64,000 bases of DNA from a virus (lineage: Duplodnaviria > Caudoviricetes): IMG/VR virus record IMGVR_UViG_3300017774_006743, positions 10,322 through 74,321 of that record; one strand, 5' to 3'. The notes beneath the pieces were generated by a model, which worked only from the letters and a program-made list of their open reading frames with translations, was not told the DNA's origin and did no database searches. Positions 29,401 to 38,812 of this stretch are shown in pieces; within the stretch, counting starts at the first letter, position 1; the number at the start of each line of letters is the position of its first letter. The position numbers and the translations under genes are program-made.

Positions 29401-29797
29401 TGTTAACATCGATGATATTACTTGATGGTTGTACTGTTACAGAGTTCCATCCCGGGGTGTATACCTCGTTATATACAGTAAATGGTAATACTCCCAGGGT
29501 TGAGGGATCATCAAAATATAAGAAACCACCATTGAACTGAATGGTCCCAACAACATTTGATACAACAACTTGTTTTGTATCAAAAGAATAGATGTCAGAA
29601 TCTTTGAGCTTATCGGTGAGGAACAAGAAAGAGTAATTATTGATGGTTGAATCATTAATAGATGACAATCCCATGACATTGTTCAATAATAACCCATCAC
29701 TAAAGGGGTAATCATCTTGTTTGAATTGGAAGAAGCCATCATAGCTTTCGGCATTCTGCGATTTGATCTGTGAAAATGTTTTTTTCTGAAGACTCAC
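26486..29797 (-). CDS. Large putative virion protein (propeller and ConA/LamG-like segments)
   Basis: About 1100 aa, Asn/Ser/Thr/Tyr-rich; ISNVKLYNVPL LamG-like tail. Start moved to GTG 29797, 5 nt after TAAATA. Confidence 0.6.
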   Translation of the reverse strand: MSLQKKTFSQIKSQNAESYDGFFQFKQDDYPFSDGLLLNNVMGLSSINDSTINNYSFLFLTDKLKDSDIYSFDTKQVVVSNVVGTIQFNGGFLYFDDPSTLGVLPFTVYNEVYTPGWNSVTVQPSSNIIDVNNSYFEIVIIDSLYCKIRHCVDDSIFYLAYEPGVFDDHDFFFTKTPSTFCISPSGVDNTTFYCLYDQDDGYLSLYKPLTSVSGVVVYEVTSESSNLTLTSVATGSFINSNLLKVQVVNSVDPKINTSWVSYNIDNIEDGHINDTKSRFNIKGNHLLTFEYSNDPAIKKFRDLKLKNIFTDTNTINRGAVFDNPVPEVPSVNHREYTTITTGNDDETGYPHITLNYIMFSKDIYVAPGEVTLFQTSSSLYPYEQLNINDSTFAVNGSFGGSTPSISDRIVSADKMTSEYKGGRYLTTWLSAGDINTKGVWVDRYYIPDLTTKQQAFSALPVYAPTFSDDIEKLLSNNAEYTANILKSPIFDKKSDVVLAPNKWYEYHRIGNTDITTYNSEIEGLAIDGISKTNTFNGITTYDTPLTTLELTGNVFASIPSSTINKYNSFTLKFDYNIDWKTNDFYQLIGNTYQYGFGIFKNYKITPFIYIIDGNKLKVYNSDLNFLFETILIGALSPITIKTVIISKYLKDLIIIDNEGSIYRVSTGGVLKQYLITTLAAGYVGWTQDDDTAYFLYADGTAVCLNLTTLEVGAYEVTPFTPDEALQSLTIYDDIVYGIAGECIKYDTTYGYVSGGNEIFRYNFRDKTKETFISSLSSNTLCTIDDEQCVYVVNTNNLVKLTKNRRLIASARIDSLSSSPIRIDTISEFDETGELNTEILYVSKSNVDNTINITKYNKDLVEIMNLTADVSYIDYNNYVLSNYNLFDHGSSSDTIRISIALVNLYDRKDIVTEYIDINTSDLSNNGTFILRCDTNQGNFTIFNNYQKLGNITFDPAKYRLDDLFYDDIFIGTAGMVNNTSLMAVINQKNHYTINDATISNVKLYNVPLKDYEVQSLLLESRKIQDLTLTLPCGQRNNIEEIRRMFFFQPPTSKSTDIDVIVKNSSITSTEFQASIKDKILINIKKYLPGNVNINDIKFEYYKDE

Positions 29798-29802
29798 GTG
29801 AA

Positions 29803-29820
29803 TATTTAATGGAATAAATA
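29803..29820. promoter_or_regulatory. Back-to-back TAAATA late-type promoters
   Basis: Minus hexamer 29803-29808, plus hexamer 29815-29820. Confidence 0.65.
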
Positions 29821-29827
29821 AGGTTAG

Positions 29828-31735
29828 ATGATTGTCTATAACCACAGCACTCCAGAAAAGCTGATTACAAAGTATTATTCTGTGGAACAACTCCGGATTT
29901 ACCCAGTTTGTGAGCTTGCAAAAGATGTTCCTAATGATCTCCTGACAACAACGGACTTCACAATTGTTGAGAGTAAGGATACGATGAATTTGGATTTAAG
30001 CTTGGCTGTCCTATACAATAACATCACAGATTTGGAATCTGCTCTTCAATTTGCTCGGATTTTAGTTATAAATGGTCCCCGAATTGATACAAAAACAATA
30101 ATATTCTATGTTGATCGGATTAATAACGGTCCTTTTGGTGGTCAAGTTGGTGACTATATTGCAAGGCACTTTAGATATGCAAGTAGTGGTAGAAAAATTA
30201 ACAATATTGTGGGAGATGCCATTACATCATCTGATATATACGATTATGACCAGAATTTTACTAATCAGTTAATTGACGCTGCAAAAGACTGCTTGTATGC
30301 ACCATGCAATTACTTTAACTATAGTAGCGGGATGGGGTTGTTAGATAATCCTGAATATATACCATCGATACACTCAACACCACCAGGTGATCTTACTCAA
30401 GATATAGCACCACCTGGTGTTCCAGTTGCAAAATCAATATATAACAAGATTTTACCAACGATACAAAATAATCTGCTCATGATGAAGCAGTCATTAATGA
30501 CAATGGGTAAAAATATCACATCTCTGTTTTACACAGATGGGGAATTAAGAGACCAGGATAGAGCCTTTAAAGCTGGTAACTCAGCATATAATACCACCGG
30601 GGCTTCCCAGGTTACTGTCGATGGTAAAAGCAGACCAGATTATACCACGTACTTTGCTTTTCAAAAAGCTAAGCTCGCTGTTATGTCTATTACAGCTAAT
30701 GCGTTGGGGGATTGCGGTCGCATCAATGCATTCTTTAGACAATACAACCCTTATGATTCAGAACAAAATCTGGATAATGAAAGAGGTTATTATAATCCAT
30801 ATGCAAGATCATACCCAGGTCGCACCAGAGAATCACTCGGGGCTGAACAACCAATTGTTCAAAACCACAACGTTGCCGGTGAAACCGGAACAGTTATAAC
30901 TGAAAATGGTGACACCCAAGTCGTCGACTTCGAAGGTGATGGTTATATTGTTTCCCCTACCATTAATATTACAACAAGGGTATATGGTTATCTCAAGGAG
31001 TTTGGATCCCCAAAAGATGATCCATATGTGGGTTCACCCAATGGGGAGACTTCGTGGGATATAATTGGTGGTTCTTTAAGAAACCCACTAACGTGGCTTG
31101 GTTCTACCACATATGCAAAGTACATTCAAACAATTGAAAATACCGAGAGAAAACAAACAATTTCTCAAAATGGTATCACTGTTCCAACCATCATAGGTGA
31201 GGCGGAAGATACATTATTTATAAGAAGTGCGAACCCCGTCGGTGGGGCTTTTAGAACGTCAAATTGCGGTATTACCTCAGATCTAGTAAGTTATCTTAAC
31301 AGCTTTAACATAGGTTTGGGAGACACGTTTAAAGTATTGTTAGATAATGGGTCTGGTCAACCACCTTTAACACTTAAGTGGGTCGATATTATTGAGGGTG
31401 ATTCAAATAAACTCTATATTTTTAGACCCCAATATGACCCCGGATTAGATAATATATTAGTGTTTGGGTTTTCAAAACAAGGTATATCCACCACAGCTGA
31501 GGTTATTACAAATTTTGATGAAAGATTTGCATCCCCAAATCCAATAATAGCTGATGAAGATCAGGTTGTACCACCTTTACCAGAAGATACACAGATCCAG
31601 GGTATATTAGATCAAAGGGAATTACAACCCCGGGGTGCCGATGTACCATCTTTAGAAGGGCCTCTCGAAGGTGGTTCTTCACTGACACCAGCAAATGGTA
31701 ACCCGTTATTACCAGCCCCACCACCTGGTTCCTAA
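29828..31735 (+). CDS. Large late protein of unknown function, Pro-rich C-terminus
   Basis: 635 aa; TAAATA 7 nt upstream. Confidence 0.7.
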   Translation: MIVYNHSTPEKLITKYYSVEQLRIYPVCELAKDVPNDLLTTTDFTIVESKDTMNLDLSLAVLYNNITDLESALQFARILVINGPRIDTKTIIFYVDRINNGPFGGQVGDYIARHFRYASSGRKINNIVGDAITSSDIYDYDQNFTNQLIDAAKDCLYAPCNYFNYSSGMGLLDNPEYIPSIHSTPPGDLTQDIAPPGVPVAKSIYNKILPTIQNNLLMMKQSLMTMGKNITSLFYTDGELRDQDRAFKAGNSAYNTTGASQVTVDGKSRPDYTTYFAFQKAKLAVMSITANALGDCGRINAFFRQYNPYDSEQNLDNERGYYNPYARSYPGRTRESLGAEQPIVQNHNVAGETGTVITENGDTQVVDFEGDGYIVSPTINITTRVYGYLKEFGSPKDDPYVGSPNGETSWDIIGGSLRNPLTWLGSTTYAKYIQTIENTERKQTISQNGITVPTIIGEAEDTLFIRSANPVGGAFRTSNCGITSDLVSYLNSFNIGLGDTFKVLLDNGSGQPPLTLKWVDIIEGDSNKLYIFRPQYDPGLDNILVFGFSKQGISTTAEVITNFDERFASPNPIIADEDQVVPPLPEDTQIQGILDQRELQPRGADVPSLEGPLEGGSSLTPANGNPLLPAPPPGS

Positions 31736-32202
31736 TCAGTTACCTTCACAACATTAACATCGATTATATCTTCTCCATCAGACAAGGTATTCTCAATAAG
31801 TTGTTTGAGTAGATCTTCTCTGTTCATTAAGATCCTAGTATTATTGATATCTTCAACTATCTTTTGTTTTGAATCAATATCCATTTGCTTGATCTCTTTA
31901 GCACTCTTATTCTTCTCTCTTGTTACATACACCCTATTGAGTGATTCAAGAGCTTGTGATGTTGCTTTGATAATTTCAGCAAAACCTGTTAGTTCTTTTG
32001 GATCAGACCCCGGACCCATCTGTGTTCTTAATTCACCAACAGTTTGAACTGAGTCTCTAATGAGTGTTGCAGCATTTGTTAGGAGGAATTGCTCTAATTC
32101 ATCTGTTGTTAGAGTCTGAAGTGGTTGGGTGTGTTGCTCAGAAGATTGTTGTTCCTTAAGCTGATTCACAATATCTGTAGCAATGTCGTCATATTCTAAC
32201 AT
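31732..32202 (-). CDS. Possible terminase small subunit (gp16-like)
   Basis: Helical hairpin (DPKELTGFAEIIKATSQALESL), then a beta/helix tail (NTRILMNREDLLKQL) as in phage small terminases. Resemblance only. Confidence 0.4.
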   Translation of the reverse strand: MLEYDDIATDIVNQLKEQQSSEQHTQPLQTLTTDELEQFLLTNAATLIRDSVQTVGELRTQMGPGSDPKELTGFAEIIKATSQALESLNRVYVTREKNKSAKEIKQMDIDSKQKIVEDINNTRILMNREDLLKQLIENTLSDGEDIIDVNVVKVTD

Positions 32203-32221
32203 ATAATAATTTAATCAAATC

Positions 32222-32249
32222 TTGATTTTTATCAAATCTGTTATAAAAT
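32222..32249 (+). promoter_or_regulatory. Sigma70-like promoter TTGATT-N16-TAAAAT of dUTPase
   Basis: -35 at 32222-32227, -10 at 32244-32249, ATG 32255. Confidence 0.6.
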
Positions 32250-32254
32250 GAATT

Positions 32255-32917
32255 ATGGCTTTAAAGAAAAAAGTAATTAAAAAGAAACCTGTTAGAACTG
32301 CAAAGTTACAACCAAAAGAAACTCCAGAAATTATAACTGTGGTCGGGGATGTACCTGTAAATTATGTTGAAGTTAGTTCTGATACCCTAGTAATGAGCGT
32401 TGAAGAATCTAAATTACATATTATACCAACTAGTTGGGTTGAAATCGACTGTAAAATTAAGTTCATCCAATCACATCCAGATGCTAAACTACCAACAAAA
32501 GCACATAGTTGTGACAATTGTTGGGATTTATATGCAGTTGAAGATGTTAATATCCCAGCATCGTTTGGTGTTTCAAAGAATGGTGTTGTCTCTAGAGTAA
32601 CAATTGGAAGTGCAATCGTTGATGTTGGTATTACATTAGCAGATATTACACCAGGTTTTGGTTTTGTATTTAAACCTCGATCAGGATTAGGGTTTAAGCA
32701 TGGTGTTTACCCACATCAGGGAGAGATTGATAATGGTTATCGGGGAAATTTAGCAGTAAAAATGTATAACTTCACCGGGGATGCATATATGGTTAAAAAG
32801 GGTGATAAAATCTGCCAGTTTAAGGTTGAAAGAGTTTATGAAACAGTTGTAGAATTTACTGATACAATTGTTGAAGCAGCTCGAGGTGCTAATGGATTTG
32901 GCTCTTCAGGAAAATAG
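32255..32917 (+). CDS. dut: Trimeric dUTPase with N-terminal extension
   Basis: WDLYA, PRSGLG, GEIDNGYRG, KGDKICQ, RGANGFGSSG. Confidence 0.93.
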   Translation: MALKKKVIKKKPVRTAKLQPKETPEIITVVGDVPVNYVEVSSDTLVMSVEESKLHIIPTSWVEIDCKIKFIQSHPDAKLPTKAHSCDNCWDLYAVEDVNIPASFGVSKNGVVSRVTIGSAIVDVGITLADITPGFGFVFKPRSGLGFKHGVYPHQGEIDNGYRGNLAVKMYNFTGDAYMVKKGDKICQFKVERVYETVVEFTDTIVEAARGANGFGSSGK

Positions 32918-32924
32918 ACATAAT
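32909..32924 (+). promoter_or_regulatory. GGAA-N6-CATAAT promoter of the clamp loader
   Basis: GGAA 32909-32912, CATAAT 32919-32924, ATG 32931. Confidence 0.5.
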
Positions 32925-32930
32925 AGAAGT

Positions 32931-33860
32931 ATGATTAATCTTGATGGTATTCTGACGGAAAAATTTAGACCAAAAACCTTAGATGAGCTAATTTGTGATG
33001 ATAAAACCAGAAAACTGGTAACCCAATACAAGAAGAAAGGGGAGATACCAAACCTACTTCTAAGTGGACCAGCTGGAACTGGAAAAACTAGTTTAGCAAA
33101 GGTAATTGTCAATGATATCCTTGGTTGTCAGTATCTTTACATTAATGCAAGTGATGAGAATGGTATTGACACTATTCGGAACAAAGTAACGAACTTTGCT
33201 CAAGTCAAATCAATTGATGGAAAGGTAAAGGTCATTATCCTTGATGAAGCTGACTTTATTACATCCGGGGGTCAGTCAGCTCTTCGAGCAACGATGGAGC
33301 AATTTGCAGAATACACGAGATTCATCTTGACTTGTAACTACAAGCATAAAATCATCCAACCTCTTCAGTCAAGATGTCAGCTTATTGTTCCAAAGCTTGA
33401 TATTCAACATGTTGTAAAGAGATGTCTTCAGATCATTAAGCAAGAAGGTATTGCTGTTCCAGAAGACCAAAAGAAGCCTCTATTGGAACTGATCAAACAG
33501 TATTTCCCTGATGTTCGAAAGACTATCAACGAAATTCAAAGGAATGTAATTGATGGAGCTATTCAGATTCAGTCCAATCAAGTAGATAGAGAGCTATTTG
33601 ACAAAGTGACGGACCTTCTCAAAGCAAAGAAGGTAATCGCTTGCCGGAAATATCTAATTGATAACGAAGGTGTGTTTCAGGGTGATCATCAACAGTTTCT
33701 AAAGCAGTATCTAAACTATATCTATGATATTACGATGGATGATGGGACAAAAAAGGCGATGATCGCAACCATCGCCGAGTTTTTGTATAGAAGTTCGTTT
33801 ATCCTAGACCAAGAAATTGGGGTATTTCATTGTCTTATACAACTTGAACAGCTGTTATAA
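32931..33860 (+). CDS. gp44: Clamp loader ATPase, T4 gp44/RFC-like
   Basis: EKFRPKTL, GPAGTGKT, INASDENGIDTIR, ILDEAD, SRC, FPDVRK. Confidence 0.95.
   Translation: MINLDGILTEKFRPKTLDELICDDKTRKLVTQYKKKGEIPNLLLSGPAGTGKTSLAKVIVNDILGCQYLYINASDENGIDTIRNKVTNFAQVKSIDGKVKVIILDEADFITSGGQSALRATMEQFAEYTRFILTCNYKHKIIQPLQSRCQLIVPKLDIQHVVKRCLQIIKQEGIAVPEDQKKPLLELIKQYFPDVRKTINEIQRNVIDGAIQIQSNQVDRELFDKVTDLLKAKKVIACRKYLIDNEGVFQGDHQQFLKQYLNYIYDITMDDGTKKAMIATIAEFLYRSSFILDQEIGVFHCLIQLEQLL
33749..33776 (-). terminator. Intrinsic terminator on the minus strand, embedded in the gp44 CDS
   Basis: Minus strand reads GGCGATG-8 nt-CATCGCC-TTTTTT, about 80 nt past the stop of the 33855-34436 gene. Confidence 0.55.
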
Positions 33861-34436
33861 GCCTTTCATGTATTGGCCTGTGTAGGATGATGAAACCTCC
33901 GGGGTTGCCATTGTAGAATTAACTTCTGCTGGCAATACTGTATTAGTGGTGGGCAGATTCGTGTCGGTTGACATGTATCTGCCCGTTCCCCTGTCTGTTT
34001 GACGCGTTGGATGGTCTTTAAAGTCCTCAACAGGTTCTGGTTTGATATTCACCTTTGATTGGTGCTTCCAGGAATCCGGAATTGGTGGAAGATTTGGATA
34101 AAAGTCTTGTACTTCAACAATGTCGATAGGAATTGTAATAAATTCTGTATAACGACCACCACCGGTATCGATTGCAACATCAGCATAACCAACTGTTGGT
34201 TGTGTTGCATTGGACCCTGGAATCTTCGGTTTTGTTGATACAACACGAATATGCTGGTCTGTCTTAAGAAGATCGTCAATCTTTTTCTGCACACCTGGAT
34301 TCAAGTTTTTGTATTCCTGTGATTTCTTAAAATCTGATTTGAATTTTATTACATCACCAATCAATACACCAGAATTCTGATAGCGTTGGTATACATTTTC
34401 ATAAAGTGATAAAAACTTGCTAGGTGCTTTGTGCAT
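33855..34436 (-). CDS. Hypothetical late protein
   Basis: TAAATA 6 nt upstream; N-terminus SKFLSLYE. Confidence 0.7.
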   Translation of the reverse strand: MHKAPSKFLSLYENVYQRYQNSGVLIGDVIKFKSDFKKSQEYKNLNPGVQKKIDDLLKTDQHIRVVSTKPKIPGSNATQPTVGYADVAIDTGGGRYTEFITIPIDIVEVQDFYPNLPPIPDSWKHQSKVNIKPEPVEDFKDHPTRQTDRGTGRYMSTDTNLPTTNTVLPAEVNSTMATPEVSSSYTGQYMKGL

Positions 34437-34485
34437 AATTAATATTTAGTTTCGATGAAGCCTTTTCAATGATAAATATACGAAG

Positions 34486-35007
34486 ATGGCTATTAGATTA
34501 GATTTTCTTGGTCGGGATTCAACAAGAGTACAAGATGAATATCAATATAAAGATGTTCGTCTTGATATTGCCCCATCATTTACACGTAATCCCCAAGTTC
34601 TACATGAAAATGAACAGGAAGATTTAGAGTCAATCTATGATATTAATGTACTTACAAATTCAATTAAGAATTTCCTCACAACTATCCCCGGGCAGAAGCT
34701 CCTAAATCCATTTTTTGGTATTGATCTTCGAAAATATTTGTTTGAACCTGTTAATAATCGAATTGCATCAGTTATATCATATGACATTAAGTCACAAGTT
34801 GGTCTATTTGAACCACGAATCACTATAAACACAGTTAATGTTCAATCACTTCCAGAAGATAACCTATATGTTGTGGAGATTTTTTATACTCCAAATCTAA
34901 CAGACAACAAAGAACCAATTAAGCTCGAAGGGGTTCTTAATAGTGATGGGTATTTCATTATAAATACAAATACTGACGTTCAGACCCAGGTACCTTTCTA
35001 TCTATGA
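34486..35007 (+). CDS. gp25: Baseplate wedge protein, gp25-like
   Basis: SIKNFLTTIPGQKLLNPFFGIDLRKYLFEP...FEPRI. Confidence 0.88.
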   Translation: MAIRLDFLGRDSTRVQDEYQYKDVRLDIAPSFTRNPQVLHENEQEDLESIYDINVLTNSIKNFLTTIPGQKLLNPFFGIDLRKYLFEPVNNRIASVISYDIKSQVGLFEPRITINTVNVQSLPEDNLYVVEIFYTPNLTDNKEPIKLEGVLNSDGYFIINTNTDVQTQVPFYL

Positions 35008-36812
35008 GTAACTTTACAGACTATACCCTTCCAAAAAATGCATATGCAACGTTTGATGCGTTAAGCATAAAGCAATTATTTGTAGATAAGCTTAAATCCT
35101 CTGGGGTTTTTGGTGACCAATCATTTGAAGGTAACAACTTTAATAGTGTTATTGATGTTGTTGCGTCGATGTATCATATATTACTGTTTTATCTCAACCA
35201 AACGTCATCAGAAACGATGTTCTCACAAACAACGCTGTGGGAGAACATGAATAAGCTTGTGAGTGGGTTAGGATACAAACCAACCGGTCGCCAAACATCG
35301 ATTGTTGACTTTATTCTAACAGCAAACAATAATATTGATGTGGGTTTCTACACAATAAAGCCATTTTCCTTTACAAACGTTGATGGAATTCAATTTACAT
35401 TACTTGATAACATTACTTTTGAAAAGACCACAGCAAATAGTGAAGAAGTTTCAATATCAAAACCATTTCTTCATCAAGGGACACTATTTGAATACCCAAC
35501 ATACGTTTCTGTTGGTTCTGATTATGAAGTTGTTATAATTGCATATGATAATTTTGTTGATCAACAAACAGATAAGTTCATCTCCGATAATACTATCCGT
35601 GTTTATGTAAAAGATAGTTCTGATACCTGGTCTGAATGGGAAGAAACCCGATCGCTCTTCTTTCACTCACCAAATGAGCAGGTATATGAGAAAAGACTTA
35701 ATGAAAATGGACGATTTGAAATAAAATTCGGGAATAACATTAATGGGAAGAAGCTCGACAGTGGGGATGAAGTTGCTATATACTTCCTTGTTAGTATTGG
35801 GGAGCGAGGAGAGATCAGTGCCAATAAATTATCAGATGGGAAGGTATATCCATATAATTCATCAAGAATACAGCAAATACTTGCAGATGTATTGGTTGAT
35901 GTTGACTTACTCCCAAATAGTCAATATACAAACCTAACACTCAATAACCCAAATCAATCAACACCTGTAACACAGGAAGAAACAGTTGATGAGATGAGAA
36001 AGAATGTACCGCTTCTGTTTTCACAGCAGAACAGACTTGTTACAACTGAAGATTTCCGATCATTTATTGAAAAGAATTACTCAAACATTATTGGATCAAT
36101 TAGTGTGGTTAATAACAACACCCTAATAAATGATTACATATCATACTTCTATGATATTGGACTTGATAAACCAAATGATGACTGTCGGGTTCTTATCAAC
36201 CAACTTAACTTTCAGACATCAACTAATTTCAATAATGTTTATGGTGTAATGGTTCCAAGTATTGGAGCAACCCGAAGTGATAACTTTCAGTTATTTGTGT
36301 CTCTTCCACAAAAGCAGCTAATCATTGATGAAGTTGAGAAGCTTAAAGTATGTACACAAAATTTTGTACCTCTTGACCCAGTATATTACGGCTTTTCTCC
36401 AGGGTTAGCATTTAATGGGGAACAATTGAGTAATAGTATTTGCGGTGAAACATATATCGTCATTAAACACAAAAAAGATACACAGCAATCAAAAGAGAAG
36501 ATAAAGGCTGATGTTTATCAAACTATTTCAACCTACTTCAATACAAAAAATTGTGAGCTTGGTCAAGTTGTAAGTCTTCAACAAATATCTGATAGTTTAC
36601 TTGCAATCCCTGGCGTAGCAAACATCGAAACGCGCCGGGTAAGTGGTGATAATATCCGTACTATTCCGGGGGTTAACTTCCTATACTGGAACCAAACCTA
36701 CCCAGTTGATGATATTAATTCAACACAACAAAATATTAAGCTGAGATTTTTCCAATACCCATTCTTAGTTAATAATGGATTTGTAAATAGAATTATTGTT
36801 GAGGATGAATAA
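35004..36812 (+). CDS. gp6: Baseplate wedge protein, gp6-like
   Basis: DQSFEGNNFNSVIDV, ETMFSQT, GYKP, FEIKFGNNINGKK, QNRLVTTEDF. Confidence 0.88.
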   Translation: MSNFTDYTLPKNAYATFDALSIKQLFVDKLKSSGVFGDQSFEGNNFNSVIDVVASMYHILLFYLNQTSSETMFSQTTLWENMNKLVSGLGYKPTGRQTSIVDFILTANNNIDVGFYTIKPFSFTNVDGIQFTLLDNITFEKTTANSEEVSISKPFLHQGTLFEYPTYVSVGSDYEVVIIAYDNFVDQQTDKFISDNTIRVYVKDSSDTWSEWEETRSLFFHSPNEQVYEKRLNENGRFEIKFGNNINGKKLDSGDEVAIYFLVSIGERGEISANKLSDGKVYPYNSSRIQQILADVLVDVDLLPNSQYTNLTLNNPNQSTPVTQEETVDEMRKNVPLLFSQQNRLVTTEDFRSFIEKNYSNIIGSISVVNNNTLINDYISYFYDIGLDKPNDDCRVLINQLNFQTSTNFNNVYGVMVPSIGATRSDNFQLFVSLPQKQLIIDEVEKLKVCTQNFVPLDPVYYGFSPGLAFNGEQLSNSICGETYIVIKHKKDTQQSKEKIKADVYQTISTYFNTKNCELGQVVSLQQISDSLLAIPGVANIETRRVSGDNIRTIPGVNFLYWNQTYPVDDINSTQQNIKLRFFQYPFLVNNGFVNRIIVEDE

Positions 36813-38802
36813 TATTAACACAGAATATGTACATTTTGAAGTTTATAATTTTACTGGAGCACAAGCTTTAAGCAGTTATACACTAAGAGATACTCCCCTG
36901 ACGTTCATTGCTAATATTTCTGCTCTCCCAGCACAGTATGCAAATGATCAGATATTATGGTCATTTGGAGATAGTACATTTGATACATCACTCACAGGAG
37001 TCCATGTGTATGACCAACCTGGTGTATACACAGCAACATGTTGGGTCTATGACCTATCTGGGAATAGCTACCAATCATCGTTCTCCACAGATGTCACTAT
37101 TCAAGACTTCGTTGAAGATCGAGTATACTTTTCAGTTAGCTCAAATATAACACTCACAAGTGGCCAAATTAACCAACCCATATCAATTATTCGGTCTAAT
37201 TCTGGAAGAGATTCAATAAACTCAACAATAAGTCTTGGTTCATCGGGCGGCTCATTATCATTCTTTGAACTTGGATTAGATACCAACAAATATGGTCACC
37301 TTTTACCATACTCAACATTTTACAAGCTTGTATCAAGTGAAACAAGCACTGAGTTCGTTGAGATTGACAGTATTGATACAAGGAACAACACAACACTGTT
37401 TTGTATAGTATCAAATAACACCATATCATTCTGTAATTCATCAGTAATTGGATCAATTTTTTGTGGAACCTCTGGATATGATTATGTTTACTTTAAAGAT
37501 GATACCCCAACCCCCACTGTAAATTTATATTGTTGGTTTGATGGAAGAAATTCCAATATTAACACATCTGTTTGTGGTATATCGGGGAGTGTTGTTCAAA
37601 ATAATGACCATGATAGTCTTTCCATAACATCAACAGGGATTGATGGTGAAGGATCAAGATCTTACATCTATAATATTGATAAGACCGCTTTTGTTAATGA
37701 AAAGATATACTTCGTTGTGAAGATAAAAGATTCATCATGGTATAGTGTTAAATACCCCTCGATATTCACATTATCATCAGCCTTTTCTTGTGTGTTGATT
37801 GATAATAGTGGTAATATTCTTCCTTCTAAATTAGAAAATAACTTTACGATATACAACACAGTATCAACAGGTGGTTATTTTAAGGGGACCATTGTTCCAC
37901 TAGTGGAATCGGCAAGCACCCGTATATCTGCCTTTGGTGTGGGACTCGAAGGGCAATCATCTACATTTACTGTTAGTCCCTCAACTGGGCATTACAACAT
38001 ATCGAAGAAAAATGAAAATTTCGACTGGACTCAAACAATGAAAGACATATGTTTCCAGGAAGTTTTAATTGATTCAAATGTACTATTTGATGATTTTATC
38101 GGTTCTATATTTGGTGGTCTTTCTGGATCACCAAGTGGTCCTGGAAAATTACCATATGAAAAGATTGCGAATTTTGTTGATAACAACCAAACAATTGATT
38201 ACTGTAATATAGACAAATTCTATTCAATATGTAGTGCTCTTGGGTACGATATTAAAGACACCCGGGCAAATGTAAATTACCCACCACAAATTAAGCGCCT
38301 TGTTGATCTATTCTCTATAAAGTTTGAAAAACTGGTTGGCACCACTAATAAGTTTGATGAAAATTTCAATAGGCTTGGAGATTACGATATTGATGTATAT
38401 GGCACCAATATTGGGATTGAATTAGACCTCATGACCCACATATTAACAGGTGGTGATAACTTTATTGTTGCACAAGAAAAGTTCTCTGGGGAATTTACAA
38501 AATGTAACACGTATCTCCTATCATCTGGGGCGTCATATCCCCTATCATCTTACTCTCCAGATTGGGGGTGGAATTTAGTTCTTGGTACTCAAGTATCAGG
38601 AGCTGATATTGGGAGATATTACACGTTTTACTCTTTTGTATCTAGTAACGAAACTACCCCTGTAAATAGCATTTTTGATTACACCAACCCACTCCACCAC
38701 ACATCAATCAGCTACACAAATTGGGAAGAATCAGGTGGTATAATTGATGATATGCTCATTTATCAATTCTTATCAAACACCAACATAATTTCTTCCTACT
38801 AA
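36805..38802 (+). CDS. Baseplate-associated protein with a PKD-like domain
   Basis: WSFGDST...HVYDQPGVYTATC; coupled to gp6. Confidence 0.65.
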   Translation: MNNINTEYVHFEVYNFTGAQALSSYTLRDTPLTFIANISALPAQYANDQILWSFGDSTFDTSLTGVHVYDQPGVYTATCWVYDLSGNSYQSSFSTDVTIQDFVEDRVYFSVSSNITLTSGQINQPISIIRSNSGRDSINSTISLGSSGGSLSFFELGLDTNKYGHLLPYSTFYKLVSSETSTEFVEIDSIDTRNNTTLFCIVSNNTISFCNSSVIGSIFCGTSGYDYVYFKDDTPTPTVNLYCWFDGRNSNINTSVCGISGSVVQNNDHDSLSITSTGIDGEGSRSYIYNIDKTAFVNEKIYFVVKIKDSSWYSVKYPSIFTLSSAFSCVLIDNSGNILPSKLENNFTIYNTVSTGGYFKGTIVPLVESASTRISAFGVGLEGQSSTFTVSPSTGHYNISKKNENFDWTQTMKDICFQEVLIDSNVLFDDFIGSIFGGLSGSPSGPGKLPYEKIANFVDNNQTIDYCNIDKFYSICSALGYDIKDTRANVNYPPQIKRLVDLFSIKFEKLVGTTNKFDENFNRLGDYDIDVYGTNIGIELDLMTHILTGGDNFIVAQEKFSGEFTKCNTYLLSSGASYPLSSYSPDWGWNLVLGTQVSGADIGRYYTFYSFVSSNETTPVNSIFDYTNPLHHTSISYTNWEESGGIIDDMLIYQFLSNTNIISSY

Positions 38803-38812
38803 ATAGCAATAG

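Noticed and set aside
29798-29890. N-terminal extensions given by the ORF track (also 18068, 21834, 26508, 32868, 52816, 55146)
   Set aside because: They run over promoters or neighbouring genes; promoter-proximal or coupled starts fit better.
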